The notes under the pieces are model-generated. The model was not told the origin of the DNA and searched no databases. It was given only the letters and a program-made list of their open reading frames with translations. A stretch of 64,000 nucleotides of DNA from an uncultured Gammaproteobacteria bacterium (GTDB lineage Bacteria > Pseudomonadota > Gammaproteobacteria > JACCXJ01), in NCBI GenBank assembly GCA_963764725.1, contig CAVXTM010000018.1, positions 288,001 to 352,000 on the forward strand, in the 5' to 3' direction. This document shows, piece by piece, positions 1 to 10,309 of this stretch (position 1 is the first letter of the stretch; every line of letters begins with the position of its first letter). Made by a program: the position numbers and the translations under genes.

Positions 1-506
1 CCGTACGATCGGGAGCGAGGACGTTAAACGAGTAATCCTTTACGTCCTTCACGCGGTAAAAAACCGTAAACTCGACATCCACGATGTTTTCATCTTTGGT
101 GAGAATCGACGCGTTGTGAGCTATCGAGCGGGTCTGCTCGACATTGACGAGCTCGACACGCTCGATGGGTCTCGGCCAACGGATATTCAAGCCCGGATCC
201 AAGGTCGCGACATAAGCGGCCAAAGCGAAACACGATGCCTTGTTCCTGCTGCTTGACCACGTAGGTCATGTTCCAACCGATGACGATGACAAGGATGAGC
301 GCAATGCCGGCCCAGGTGCCCCGACCCGGCGCGCCGCGGGCCGACCACGGACCGCTTCCGCCCCCGGTGGCGCCACCACCGAACAGCCCTTTGAGCTTTG
401 CTTGCAGCTTCCGGATCACCTCATCGAGATCGGGCGGGCCGCCCTGGCGTCCGCGATTACCCCACGGATCGCGGTCCTTACCGCCCCCCGGCTCATTCCA
501 GGCCAT
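1..506 (-). CDS. hflK: FtsH protease modulator HflK, 5' part (runs off window; apparent +1 frameshift near 213-220)
   Basis: N-terminus MAWNEPGGG..DPWG..GPPDLDEV, then a TM segment and GIVFRFG. The SPFH-like sequence (YVATLDPGLNIRWPRPIERVELVNV..LTKDENIVDV) continues in another frame. Lies downstream of hflX. Confidence 0.93.
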
Positions 507-541
507 CGTTTAGTCACTCCGCGCGCTCATGTGGGTGGGTA

Positions 542-1849
542 TCATACGGGCCTCGGCATGCCGCCGCAAGTTATCGGTGCCGGCTCACCATCCTCGCAAC
601 AGAGGGTTTCAAAGCGACGCCGGCTCATTGCGATGTCAAGCAACCATCCCCCCTCGCGTGCGTGGCGTTCGCCGCGGACAACGCCTTCGGCATAGAGCCG
701 CGCGCGTAGTCTTGCCGCCGCAACCGGTAGTTGCAGCCATCCGCGCAAACAGTCTCCAGCTAGGTGCTCGCCGATGGCTTGCTGGAGGGTATCCAGACCT
801 TCCCCGGTGAAAGCGGAGATCCACACACGCCGCATCGATCCATCGCCTTCGTGTTGACGCGCGGAAGCGCCGCTCTCGGCCCGGCAGCGATCGATCTTGT
901 TAAATGCCTCGATCTGGTGCACGGTGTCCGCATGGAGATCGCGTATGATCTGCGCCACCTGCAGCCTCTGTTCATCTCTGAGCACGGTAGGCAGACTGGC
1001 ATCGACCACATGGATGAGCAAGTCCGCGTGCCGTAGCTCTTCCAGGGTGGCGCGAAACGCCGCCACCAGTTCATGCGGGAGGTCTTTGATGAAACCGACG
1101 CTGTCCCCGAGAACCACCGTGCCGGCTAAGGGCGCCTCTAAGCGCCGCAAGGTCGGATCCAGGGTCGCGAACAGGATATCCGCGGCGTAAACCGAAGCAC
1201 CGGTAAGGCGGTTAAATAAGGTTGATTTACCGGCATTGGTGTATCCGACCAAGAGTACGGTCGGCACGGCGGCCTTGCGGCGCGCCCGGCCTTGCAACTC
1301 GCGTTGATGGCGTATCTCCTCAAGCTGGCGGGTAAGCCGCTTAATGCGCTGCCGCACCCAGCGCCGATCGGATTCTAATTGGGTTTCGCCGGGTCCGCGC
1401 AGCCCGATACCGCCGCGCTGACGTTCCAAGTGACTCCATCCCCGAACCAGGCGTGTCGAGAGGTGCTGAAGTTGCGCCAGTTCAACTTGCAGCTTGCCCT
1501 CAAAGGTTCGCGCGCGCTGGGCGAAGATATCGAGGATGAGATCGGTACGATCGACGACCCGGCAGCCCACGAGGCGTTCTAGATTACGCTCTTGGGCGGC
1601 ACTCACTGCGCGGTTTACGATCACGACGTCCGCGCAGGTCTCCGCAACGAGGGCGCTCAACTCCTCGGCCTTACCGGCGCCGAGAAGATATTTCGCATTG
1701 GGGGCGTCCCGCGCCACCAAGACGACGCCCGCGCACGCAGCCCCTGCCGAGGTAACAAGATCTCTAAATTCGTCTAGTGTCTCGTCCTCTCGGCCGGTTC
1801 CGTAGTGGACTAGGACCGCACGCTCGCCTTTTTCGGGGCGTTCGAACAA
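542..1849 (-). CDS. hflX: Ribosome rescue GTPase HflX
   Basis: LILDIFAQRA, GPGETQLE, GYTNAGKS, FATLDPT and NKID motifs; follows hfq. Confidence 0.98.
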   Translation of the reverse strand: MFERPEKGERAVLVHYGTGREDETLDEFRDLVTSAGAACAGVVLVARDAPNAKYLLGAGKAEELSALVAETCADVVIVNRAVSAAQERNLERLVGCRVVDRTDLILDIFAQRARTFEGKLQVELAQLQHLSTRLVRGWSHLERQRGGIGLRGPGETQLESDRRWVRQRIKRLTRQLEEIRHQRELQGRARRKAAVPTVLLVGYTNAGKSTLFNRLTGASVYAADILFATLDPTLRRLEAPLAGTVVLGDSVGFIKDLPHELVAAFRATLEELRHADLLIHVVDASLPTVLRDEQRLQVAQIIRDLHADTVHQIEAFNKIDRCRAESGASARQHEGDGSMRRVWISAFTGEGLDTLQQAIGEHLAGDCLRGWLQLPVAAARLRARLYAEGVVRGERHAREGGWLLDIAMSRRRFETLCCEDGEPAPITCGGMPRPV

Positions 1850-1879
1850 CGGGATTGGTACAAACCTGTAAGGGCCTGA

Positions 1880-2122
1880 TTATTCTTGCGGCGACTCTTC
1901 TTCCTCGCGCGGCAACCGCACCGGTTTCGACGGTACGATCGTGGAGATAGCGTGTTTATATACCATCTGGCTGACGGAATTTTTCAGCAACACGACAAAC
2001 TGATCGAACGACTCGATCTGCCCCTGAAGCTTGATGCCATTGACCAGATAGATGGACACAGGAACATGTTCTTTACGCAACGTATTGAGGAACGGCTCTT
2101 GTAATGACTGGCCTTTACTCAT
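1880..2122 (-). CDS. hfq: RNA chaperone Hfq
   Basis: [30 protein letters not shown]. Confidence 0.99.
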   Translation of the reverse strand: MSKGQSLQEPFLNTLRKEHVPVSIYLVNGIKLQGQIESFDQFVVLLKNSVSQMVYKHAISTIVPSKPVRLPREEEESPQE

Positions 2123-2406
2123 TATCTACCCCTCCTGCTTCAATTTTTTTCGTGTTCTTCAAATCACGCCCTTCCTTCTCGGGAGTAAAGCGCCGTACTA
2201 CCTCGCTTCTTCCCTATCCGCCGCCCGCGCATAGGTTCCTCCGAAGATGTAGTCTATCTGATTACGCGAGTAACGAAAAATTTCGTGCGCCCTTACTTAA
2301 TGTGCACTCTTAATTTTCATCGACAGCCTATTGTTAAGTTATGCAATGACTGAGCGCATCATTTCCTGCTAGCGGCCGGTGTGATCGCCCCTTGTCACGC
2401 ACCTAG

Positions 2407-3357
2407 CTAGGACGGGCATGAGCCCGCGACGGCGTGCTGGCCGAGAAAGGTCACGACGTTGTGGCGCAGACGGGGATCATCGCTCATGAACCAGTGAGCG
2501 TAGCGTTCCGCGCGTAACCACGTCAATTGGCGTTTTGCGAGCTGCCGCGTCGCGGTGACGGCGCGCTCGATCATCGTCTCATAGTCAAACTGTCCCTCCA
2601 GGTATTGCCACACCTGGCGGTAGCCCACCAACCGCATCGACGGTAACGCCGCGGTGAGATCCCCCCGCGAATACAGGCCCTCGACTTCATCTACGAGACC
2701 GCGATCGAGCATGTGCCGAAAACGGGTCCGCAAACGCCGGTGCAAATCCATCCGATCCCCGGGTGCCATGACCAGCTTGAGCGCCCGGTATGGCAGCGGC
2801 TGCCGGGTATCTTTCCGTAGCAGTTCGGTGAGGGTCTTGCCGGACACCTCGCAAACTTCCAGAGCCCGTTGAATGCGCTGCACGTCGTGCGGGTGTATGC
2901 GCGCGGCGGCGCGCGGGTCGAGTGTCGCAAGTTGCTCATGCAAAGCATCCCAGCCTTGCTTGGACGCCTCTCGGACGATCCGTGCGCGCACCTCCGTATC
3001 GGCGCTCGGGAGCGCCGAAATACCCTCGTCGAGCGCCCGAAAATAAAGACCGGTTCCTCCGACCAACAAGGGCACCCGCCCTCCCTTAAAGACCGTGTCC
3101 AGCTCGCGCAGCGCGTCGGCGCGAAACTCCGCCGCCGAATAAGTTTCCCCGGGGTCACGGATATCGATGAGGCTATGCGGTGTGCGGGCCAGAACTTCCA
3201 GGCTAGGCTTTGCGGTGCCGATGTCCATTCCGCGGTAGATCATTCCCGAATCGACGCTGATTAACCGGCATGGAAGCGCCGCGGCCAGATCGACAGCCAG
3301 CGCAGTCTTTCCTACGCCCGTGGGGCCCATGAGAAAAATCGCGGCCGGCACCGGCAT
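2407..3357 (-). CDS. miaA: tRNA dimethylallyltransferase
   Basis: GPTGVGKT, ISVDS, DIGTAKP, VGGTGLY, AKRQLTW. Confidence 0.98.
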   Translation of the reverse strand: MPVPAAIFLMGPTGVGKTALAVDLAAALPCRLISVDSGMIYRGMDIGTAKPSLEVLARTPHSLIDIRDPGETYSAAEFRADALRELDTVFKGGRVPLLVGGTGLYFRALDEGISALPSADTEVRARIVREASKQGWDALHEQLATLDPRAAARIHPHDVQRIQRALEVCEVSGKTLTELLRKDTRQPLPYRALKLVMAPGDRMDLHRRLRTRFRHMLDRGLVDEVEGLYSRGDLTAALPSMRLVGYRQVWQYLEGQFDYETMIERAVTATRQLAKRQLTWLRAERYAHWFMSDDPRLRHNVVTFLGQHAVAGSCPS

Positions 3358-3362
3358 CCCAC

Positions 3363-5087
3363 TTACTCGACCGGATGCTCGTCGGGTTCACGCAGCCTGC
3401 CTGCAATCAGGGATGACAGTTCCTGACTGGTCAGTTGCCGCCACAGGCCGTGGGCCGCGCCGGGGTGTCCCAGACCCAGACTCTCCATCTCACGCAGCAT
3501 GCCGTCCCAGTGGCCGAGGGTTCTCGAAGCGAGCGCCAGGGTTGCACCATGCGTCGCTAAGGCGTCGCAAAGCGCCCGTTCTAGCGCCGCTTCAGGATCG
3601 TCTGGCTTAGCCAGGATCACCGCGATATCTTGGATCAAGCGTTCGCCGTCGCAGCCGCGCAAAAGCGCTGGTATGCGCCGCACGATGATGGTACGGGGGC
3701 CTCCGCGATCGATTTCCAACCCCAAGCGCTTCAATAAGCGCGTGTGACCGAGGACCCGCTCAACCTCCGCGGGCGACACGCTGACCGGTTGTGGGAGCAG
3801 CAAGGGTTGGGAGCAAACCGGGTGGCCCGGGCACGCCGATCGGATGTGCGAGGCAATCAAGCGCCGCAGCGCGCACTCGGCATCGATGACCACCAATCCC
3901 AGGGCATTTTCCGCAAGCAGATAGCGCTGCTTCAACAATGCAATGACGCGTCCGAGTGGCGCACCGAGAGAATCCGGGCCGGCCTCCGGACTTTGAGCCT
4001 GCACATAGGTGGGACGCGCCTGGTTAACGCCAGGCGGCGGCGCAAACTTATGCGCCGCGTTGTCCCTTAAGCGAGAGCACTCACTGCCTGAATCTGTAAG
4101 CGCGCGCTTCACCGCGCTATAGACAAAATCATGAATTAGCCGAGATTGACCAAACCGGACCTCGTACTTGGCGGGATGCACATTGACATCGACCGCGCCC
4201 GCTTCCATCTCCAAGAAAACGATAAAGGCCGGTTCTACGCCTGGAGGTTGCGTATCTTCATACGCCCGGCGGATGGCATGGTTAACCGTGCGATCACGCA
4301 AGATTCGACCGTTCACATAAAAGTATTGAATACTCGGATCTCCCGCTTGCGGGAGCGCCGCCCAACCCCAGGCGCGGATCCCGTCGCTTGTCAGATCGAA
4401 GGAAGCCGCACGCCCCGTAAAGCGATCGCCGGCTAATTCTTGCACCCGAGACTCGCTCTTAGGTTCTGTCGAGCGAAGATTGAGCACGGCGCGGCCGTTA
4501 TTGAGTAAGCGAAAAGCCACGGTGCAGCGGCTTATCGCGATGCGCTTCAGCAACTCCTGTATGTGCAGGAATTCGGTGCGCTCGCGGCGCAGAAATTTTC
4601 GCCGCGCAGGGGTGTTGAACATGAGATCGCGGACGGTAACCGAAGTCCCGGGCGGATGGGCCGTCGGCCGAGGATCGGAAGACCGCGCGGCGCCTTCCAT
4701 ATCGAGGGCCCAGCCAATGTCTGAACCCGCGGTACGCGACGCCAGCGTCAGCTTGGAGACAGCCCCGATACTCGGCAAGGCCTCGCCCCGAAATCCGAGG
4801 CTGGTAATTGCATAGAGGTCTTCCGCACGCTGGAGCTTGCTCGTGGCATGACGGCGGAGGGCGAGCGCGAGATCCTCGGGTGCTATCCCGCAACCGTCGT
4901 CACGCACCCGGATAAGGCCTATTCCGCCCCCTTCGATCTCAATCTCAATGCGTTTAGCCCCGGCGTCGAGGCTATTTTCAATAAGCTCTTTGACCACCGA
5001 CGCGGGACGCTCGATGATCTCCCCGGCGGCGATTTGATTGATGACATCATCCGTCAATAAACGAATCCGGCCAGGCGCGATCGGCAT
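3363..5087 (-). CDS. mutL: DNA mismatch repair protein MutL
   Basis: NQIAAGE, VKELIENSLDAGA, HATSK, GFRGEAL, DVNVHPAK. Confidence 0.97.
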   Translation of the reverse strand: MPIAPGRIRLLTDDVINQIAAGEIIERPASVVKELIENSLDAGAKRIEIEIEGGGIGLIRVRDDGCGIAPEDLALALRRHATSKLQRAEDLYAITSLGFRGEALPSIGAVSKLTLASRTAGSDIGWALDMEGAARSSDPRPTAHPPGTSVTVRDLMFNTPARRKFLRRERTEFLHIQELLKRIAISRCTVAFRLLNNGRAVLNLRSTEPKSESRVQELAGDRFTGRAASFDLTSDGIRAWGWAALPQAGDPSIQYFYVNGRILRDRTVNHAIRRAYEDTQPPGVEPAFIVFLEMEAGAVDVNVHPAKYEVRFGQSRLIHDFVYSAVKRALTDSGSECSRLRDNAAHKFAPPPGVNQARPTYVQAQSPEAGPDSLGAPLGRVIALLKQRYLLAENALGLVVIDAECALRRLIASHIRSACPGHPVCSQPLLLPQPVSVSPAEVERVLGHTRLLKRLGLEIDRGGPRTIIVRRIPALLRGCDGERLIQDIAVILAKPDDPEAALERALCDALATHGATLALASRTLGHWDGMLREMESLGLGHPGAAHGLWRQLTSQELSSLIAGRLREPDEHPVE

Positions 5088-5197
5088 AGCCGATAGTATA
5101 GGTGACGCCCTGCCTTAGGGGGATGCGTGTCGCGTGTACGTGCGCTAGCGTTCGCCGTTTTTGATCCAGCTATGCTTGCCGCACGGACGTGATCGCG

Positions 5198-6385
5198 CTA
5201 ACGCAGGGCGCGCGGGGTCAACGCCCTCGCGTCGCTCAGTGTGTCCTTGTGCATGGCGAGCAGCGTCCCGGGCGGAGCCGCCTCCAGGAAATACGCCCGG
5301 ATACCGTCCAAGATGGCTGCCGCCAGGGCCCCTTGATGGCGTGGATCCGTGAGTTTGCTTTCTTCGAGCGGATTGGTAATGAAGGCCGTCTCCACCAAAA
5401 CGGAGGGGATATCGGGCGATTTCAAGACGGCGAAGCCCGCCCGCTGAACGCCCTGATGGTGGATTTTTCCAAGCCGCTTCAGGCGTTGTAGAACGCGGCC
5501 GCCGACGTTCACGCTGGCGTCGATGGCCGCGGTCTGGGATAGATCGAGCAACACCTTTCGCAACAACTCGTCTTTGTCGTCGAGACTGACCCCGCCGACC
5601 AGATCGGAGGCATTCTCCCGCTCCGCGAGCCAGCGCGCCGCTTCGCTGCTAGCGCCGTGCCTGGAAAGCACATAGACCGACGAACCACTGGCCTGCGGAT
5701 CGCGAAACGCATCGGCGTGGATCGACACAAATAGATCGGCCTTATGCTGGCGCGCGCGCTTGATGCGATTCCGAAGGCTTATGAAATAATCCCCATCGCG
5801 AATGAGCACCGCGCGCATTCCGCGTTCGTCGTTGACCCGGTGGGCAAGCTTGCGGGCAATGGCCAAAACGACCTGCTTTTCGCGCGCACCCCGCTTCCCT
5901 ATCGCCCCCGGATCTTCGCCTCCGTGACCGGCATCGATGGCAATCACGACGTTCCTTAAGCGCAACTGTTCGAAAGTCAGTAGGGCCACCTGCGGCGCCA
6001 CCGCCTCCTGGCCCAGGAGGTCCACGACCAACCGGTGGCCGTAGGGCCGCTGGGGGGCAAGCGCAAATCCCTTGACCTCGGTTCGTTGCTTAAGGTCCAA
6101 CACCACCCGCAGTTTCCGTCCGTGCGGAGCGTATCGAATCGACTTCAAGAATTGATCCGCGGGATCCGATGGCGGCGGGGGTTTCACGAAGCGCCCGCCT
6201 TCGATGTCTAGCACCACGCGGTGCGGACGGGTCATCGTAAAAAGGTGGTAGTTCACCGGAGCGCTTAAATCGAAGACCACCCGCGTATTATCAGGGGCCG
6301 CCCACATGCGTGGGCCGCTAATACTGGTAGCCGCGTGGCAAGGGACGGCAATGCTTAAAAGAAGTGCAGCTAGGCCGCGTGGCAT
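5198..6385 (-). CDS. N-acetylmuramoyl-L-alanine amidase (AMIN + Amidase_3; AmiB/AmiC-like)
   Basis: Signal peptide, AMIN-like TRVVFDL/RVVLD, IDAGHGGEDPGA, FVSIHAD, LVETAFITN. Confidence 0.95.
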   Translation of the reverse strand: MPRGLAALLLSIAVPCHAATSISGPRMWAAPDNTRVVFDLSAPVNYHLFTMTRPHRVVLDIEGGRFVKPPPPSDPADQFLKSIRYAPHGRKLRVVLDLKQRTEVKGFALAPQRPYGHRLVVDLLGQEAVAPQVALLTFEQLRLRNVVIAIDAGHGGEDPGAIGKRGAREKQVVLAIARKLAHRVNDERGMRAVLIRDGDYFISLRNRIKRARQHKADLFVSIHADAFRDPQASGSSVYVLSRHGASSEAARWLAERENASDLVGGVSLDDKDELLRKVLLDLSQTAAIDASVNVGGRVLQRLKRLGKIHHQGVQRAGFAVLKSPDIPSVLVETAFITNPLEESKLTDPRHQGALAAAILDGIRAYFLEAAPPGTLLAMHKDTLSDARALTPRALR

Positions 6386-6489
6386 TGGGAGCGACGCCGG
6401 GTTTATTGGTAGTTCTTATTTTGGTGAGTTATAGCATAAATATCAAGTCTTATGTAGAAATATACACTAACAGTATGAATTTTGGAATA

Positions 6490-6608
6490 AATATACTTTG
6501 CGTGCGGGATATGAACCCGCCTTGACCAAGGGGAGAGCTGCGCTTCTCCCCTTTGGAAACCCCATCGCTAAGGTACTCGCGGCAAGACCGCGGGCTATGC
6601 ATTTAATA
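6490..6608 (+). repeat. ~120-bp palindrome-rich dispersed repeat, copy 1
   Basis: Closely matches the reverse complement of 41322-41442; internal hairpins (ccaaggggagag..ttctcccctttgg; cgcggcaagaccgcg). Confidence 0.85.
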
Positions 6609-6612
6609 TATC

Positions 6613-7116
6613 CTACCGGTCGGTTTCAGGCACCCGAACTCTGGACCCGTCCCCGCTCATCCGCTTCAAGACCGCATTTCCCCATCCGCTGCAAGCCTTG
6701 ATGGCTATTTCACGCTGCTCCCCGGCCAGCGCGATGCGCAAGTGCAGGTCGGACTGTAATAGTCCCACCGCACCGCGTTCCGGCCATTCGATAAGACATA
6801 GCGCCTTCCCGTCAACAAAGTCGCGTACCCCGATAGCCTCGAGTTCGTCTGAACCCGCCAGGCGATATAGATCCAAATGATGGATGGAGCGCCCGCCAAT
6901 CGAATACGTCTCTACCAAGGTGTAGGTCGGGCTCTTGACCAAACCGCGATAGCCCAGAGCCTTCAATAGACCACGAACGAAGGTGGTCTTACCGGCGCCG
7001 AGATCACCGCTCAGGAACACCGTGCCCGCGCCGCGGCCAATCGCCCGCGCGAAGCGTGCAGCGAGCGCGTCCATCTCCGCTTCGGTGCCAATGCCACATC
7101 GCCAGTTGAGGCTCAC
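6613..7116 (-). CDS. tsaE: tRNA threonylcarbamoyladenosine biosynthesis ATPase TsaE
   Basis: GDLGAGKT, VKSPTYTLVE, HLDLYRL, IEWPE. Confidence 0.97.
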   Translation of the reverse strand: MSLNWRCGIGTEAEMDALAARFARAIGRGAGTVFLSGDLGAGKTTFVRGLLKALGYRGLVKSPTYTLVETYSIGGRSIHHLDLYRLAGSDELEAIGVRDFVDGKALCLIEWPERGAVGLLQSDLHLRIALAGEQREIAIKACSGWGNAVLKRMSGDGSRVRVPETDR

Positions 7117-7137
7117 ACGGTCGTTCTAGGGCGGGTC

Positions 7138-8646
7138 TTACCAGACATCGCAGTGCGATTGTGTCGGATTCGCAAGATGTCGGAGATGGGGAAAGAGATC
7201 GCTCGCCAGCAACCCGCGTTGGCCCGCCGCGGCCGCCCGATCCCCCGCGCGCGCGTGTAAACAGGCGCCAAGCGCGGCCGCATCGAGGGAAGAAAGACCC
7301 TGCCCCAGCAACCCGGCGATGACCCCGGTGAGCACATCGCCCATCCCCCCGCTTGCCATGCCTGGATTACCGTAAGGGCAGAGGCTGATGTCCCCGTTCG
7401 GACCGCAGATAAGCGTACCGCATCCTTTGAGAATGACGACGCCGCCGTAACGGCGCTGCAGCTCCGCAACCGCCCGAAAGCGATCGGCTTGAACCTCCGC
7501 CACCGTCGTCCCCAGCAAACGCGCTGCTTCTCCCGGATGCGGTGTGAGCGTCCAAGTACTCTTAGCGATGGGGTCCAGGGCGATGAGATTCAAGGCATCG
7601 GCGTCCGCCACCATAGGCAACTCGCTCTCGATGACACGCGCGACGAGATTGACGGCCCACGATGAGCGGCCGAGACCGGGACCCAGCGCGATGACCGTGG
7701 CTTGCTCCAAAAGCCCCTTGATCTCCGCCGGCGTTTCCACCGGGTGGCACATGATCTCCGGGCGCGCCGCGCATAGCGTAGCAGCATGGGCCGCACGCGT
7801 GGCCAGGCTGACCAGTCCCGCGCCTACCCGCAACGCCGCTTCGGCGGCCATGCGGGCGGCTCCCGCGTACCCGATCTCTCCGCCGACCACCAGGATGTGG
7901 CCGAACCGTCCTTTATGGGAGTCGCGCGGCCGTTGTGGCATGAGGCGTCGCAACGGCCCTAATTCCAAGCGGCGGGCGGAGCACGGCACGCGTTCAAAGA
8001 CCGCGCCCGGCACGCTCAGGTCATCGTAATAGATCTCGCCGCAATGCTCGGGACCGGCGCGCGTGAACATACCCTGTTTGAGACCGATGAAGCTGACGGT
8101 CGCTTCGGCGCGCACCGCCGCCCCCATCACCGCCCCCGTATCGGCATTCAGTCCGGAAGGGATGTCGATCGACAGACGTGGGCGCGGCGACTGATTGACG
8201 GAATCAATGGCTAAGCGAAATTCATCGCGAACCTCGCGATCGAGGCCGGTACCGAGCATCGCATCCACCAACACTTCATGGCTGCTCAGAGACGAAGCAT
8301 CGAACGGCTGCGGCGCGAGGCCCGCAGCTAAGGCCGTCTCGGCCGCGGCGCGCGCATCGCCTTTGAGTGCGATATCGCCGACCTGCTCGATAGCGGCCGT
8401 CAAGCCCGCGCGCCGCGCTTCGCGCGCCAACACATAGCCGTCTCCGCCGTTATTACCGGGGCCACACAGAACGAGGATGCGGCTGGCCGCGGGCCAGCGG
8501 GTACGCAAAACCTCGAAAGCCGCGGCGCCGGCACGGTTCATTAAGATCAAACCCCCAATCTCGGTGCCCTCCATTGCCTCGCGATCGAGCGCCCGTACGG
8601 ACTCGGCGCGGTATAGTGCTAAGGGAAGCGATGAGCGTACGCGCAC
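7138..8646 (-). CDS. nnr: Bifunctional NAD(P)HX epimerase/dehydratase
   Basis: GPGNNGGDG, DIPSG, HKG.FG, TPHPGEA, GGMGDVLTG. Confidence 0.96.
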   Translation of the reverse strand: MRVRSSLPLALYRAESVRALDREAMEGTEIGGLILMNRAGAAAFEVLRTRWPAASRILVLCGPGNNGGDGYVLAREARRAGLTAAIEQVGDIALKGDARAAAETALAAGLAPQPFDASSLSSHEVLVDAMLGTGLDREVRDEFRLAIDSVNQSPRPRLSIDIPSGLNADTGAVMGAAVRAEATVSFIGLKQGMFTRAGPEHCGEIYYDDLSVPGAVFERVPCSARRLELGPLRRLMPQRPRDSHKGRFGHILVVGGEIGYAGAARMAAEAALRVGAGLVSLATRAAHAATLCAARPEIMCHPVETPAEIKGLLEQATVIALGPGLGRSSWAVNLVARVIESELPMVADADALNLIALDPIAKSTWTLTPHPGEAARLLGTTVAEVQADRFRAVAELQRRYGGVVILKGCGTLICGPNGDISLCPYGNPGMASGGMGDVLTGVIAGLLGQGLSSLDAAALGACLHARAGDRAAAAGQRGLLASDLFPHLRHLANPTQSHCDVW

Positions 8647-8649
8647 GGA

Positions 8650-9207
8650 TTAAAGCTTGAACAGATGTTGGCGGTAATAGGCCAACTCGTCGATCGAGGC
8701 GAGGACATCTTCCAAGGCCCTATGATTGGAGTCTTTATCATAGGGTTTGAGATCGGGCGCCCAGCGCCGCGCGAGCTCCTTGAGGGTGCTGACATCGAGA
8801 TTGCGGTAATGAAAAAAACGCTCGAGCTCAGGCATCAGCCGGTGCAGAAAGCGCCGATCCTGACACACGCTGTTGCCGCACATGGGCGAGGCCGACGGCG
8901 CCACAAACTGGCGCACAAAATCCAAGCTCATCCGCTCCGCGGCCGCGACCGTCCATGAGCTTTGTCGGACCCGTTCCGATAGTCCCGATTTTGCGTGCTG
9001 TTTTTTGTTCCAGTCATCCATGGCGCCGAGCACCTCCGGGGGCTGATAGATCGAAAGCACGGGACCTTCCCCTAAAATTTGCAACTGGCCATCGGTCACG
9101 ACCGTCGCGATCTCGATAATGTGATCGGAAAGCGTATCGAGCCCGGTCATTTCCAGATCGATCCAGATGAGGTTGCCGGTTGATTGCGTCACGTATAGGG
9201 TGCTCAC
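8650..9207 (-). CDS. orn: Oligoribonuclease
   Basis: [42 protein letters not shown]. Confidence 0.97.
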   Translation of the reverse strand: MSTLYVTQSTGNLIWIDLEMTGLDTLSDHIIEIATVVTDGQLQILGEGPVLSIYQPPEVLGAMDDWNKKQHAKSGLSERVRQSSWTVAAAERMSLDFVRQFVAPSASPMCGNSVCQDRRFLHRLMPELERFFHYRNLDVSTLKELARRWAPDLKPYDKDSNHRALEDVLASIDELAYYRQHLFKL

Positions 9208-9803
9208 AGATCGCGGCGGCAGGCGATCGCGTGTGACAAGGTGGTACTATCGACGTATTCCAACTCACCCCCTACCGGGATGCCATGGGCAATTCGCGTC
9301 GCGCGCAGCCCAACCGCGCGCGCGACCTCACCGATATAATGCGCCGTGGCCTCGCCTTCGGCCGTGGCGCCCGTCGCGACGATCACCTCCTTGACCTCGC
9401 CGCTGCTCAGCAGGTTCTTTAACTTATCGATCCCGATGGCCTCCGGACCCACGCCATCGAGCGGCGACAGGCGGCCCATGAGCACGAAATACTTGCCCTG
9501 AAATGCCGCCGCTTGTTCGATCGATTGCACATCGGCTGGGTTTTCGACCACGCACAGTACGCTCGGATCACGCCTCTCGCTCGCGCAGATCGCGCACAGC
9601 GCTACCTCGCTGAGATTGCGGCACCTGTGGCAATAATTGACGCCGGCCATGGCCTCGATCAGCGCGCGGGCCAGGCGTTGGGCTCCCTCGCGGTTGCGCT
9701 CCAATAGGTGAAACGCCATGCGCTGCGCGGATCGCGGACCTACCGCGGGAAGACAGCGCAGGGCGTGGATCAGTTCCTCGATGAGCGGACTGTAGCGTTT
9801 CAA
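9204..9803 (-). CDS. recR: Recombination mediator RecR
   Basis: Hh[13 protein letters not shown]4 zinc finger, [22 protein letters not shown]. Confidence 0.98.
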   Translation of the reverse strand: MKRYSPLIEELIHALRCLPAVGPRSAQRMAFHLLERNREGAQRLARALIEAMAGVNYCHRCRNLSEVALCAICASERRDPSVLCVVENPADVQSIEQAAAFQGKYFVLMGRLSPLDGVGPEAIGIDKLKNLLSSGEVKEVIVATGATAEGEATAHYIGEVARAVGLRATRIAHGIPVGGELEYVDSTTLSHAIACRRDL

Positions 9804-9851
9804 TTTCTAGGTTGAGCGCAAGGGTATTAACAACCGACTCCACGTATGAAT

Positions 9852-10175
9852 TTACATAGGGAGTGTGAACCCCGGAGGTAGGCCCATACCGGCGGTGAGA
9901 CCAGCCAGTTTGTCTTGACTCGCTTGCTCCACGCGCCGATTCGCGTCGTTGACGGCGGCTGCCAGGAGATCCTCAAGCATCTCCTTTTCTTCTTTGAGCA
10001 AGGCCGGATCGAGCGTAACCCTGCGCACGTCATGGCGCCCGGTCATGACCACTTTCACCATGCCCCCGCCGGATTCACCGATGATCTCGACGTTGGCGAG
10101 ATCCTCTTGGGCGCGCTTGAAATCCTCCTGCATTTTCTGGGCTTGTTTTAGTAGGTTACCGAAACCGCCTTTCAT
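9852..10175 (-). CDS. ybaB: YbaB/EbfC nucleoid-associated protein
   Basis: [31 protein letters not shown]; lies between dnaX and recR. Confidence 0.96.
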   Translation of the reverse strand: MKGGFGNLLKQAQKMQEDFKRAQEDLANVEIIGESGGGMVKVVMTGRHDVRRVTLDPALLKEEKEMLEDLLAAAVNDANRRVEQASQDKLAGLTAGMGLPPGFTLPM

Positions 10176-10309
10176 CTGGAGCCTCCTTAATATTTAGTCC
10201 CGGCGATGCCGCGGGGACCTTTGCAATGGGTTTTCCACGGACGCGGAATCGCGCCCCTGGGTCGGATACACCGTGACGGCAGGTTCATGGACGTAGCGTA
10301 TCGCATCTG

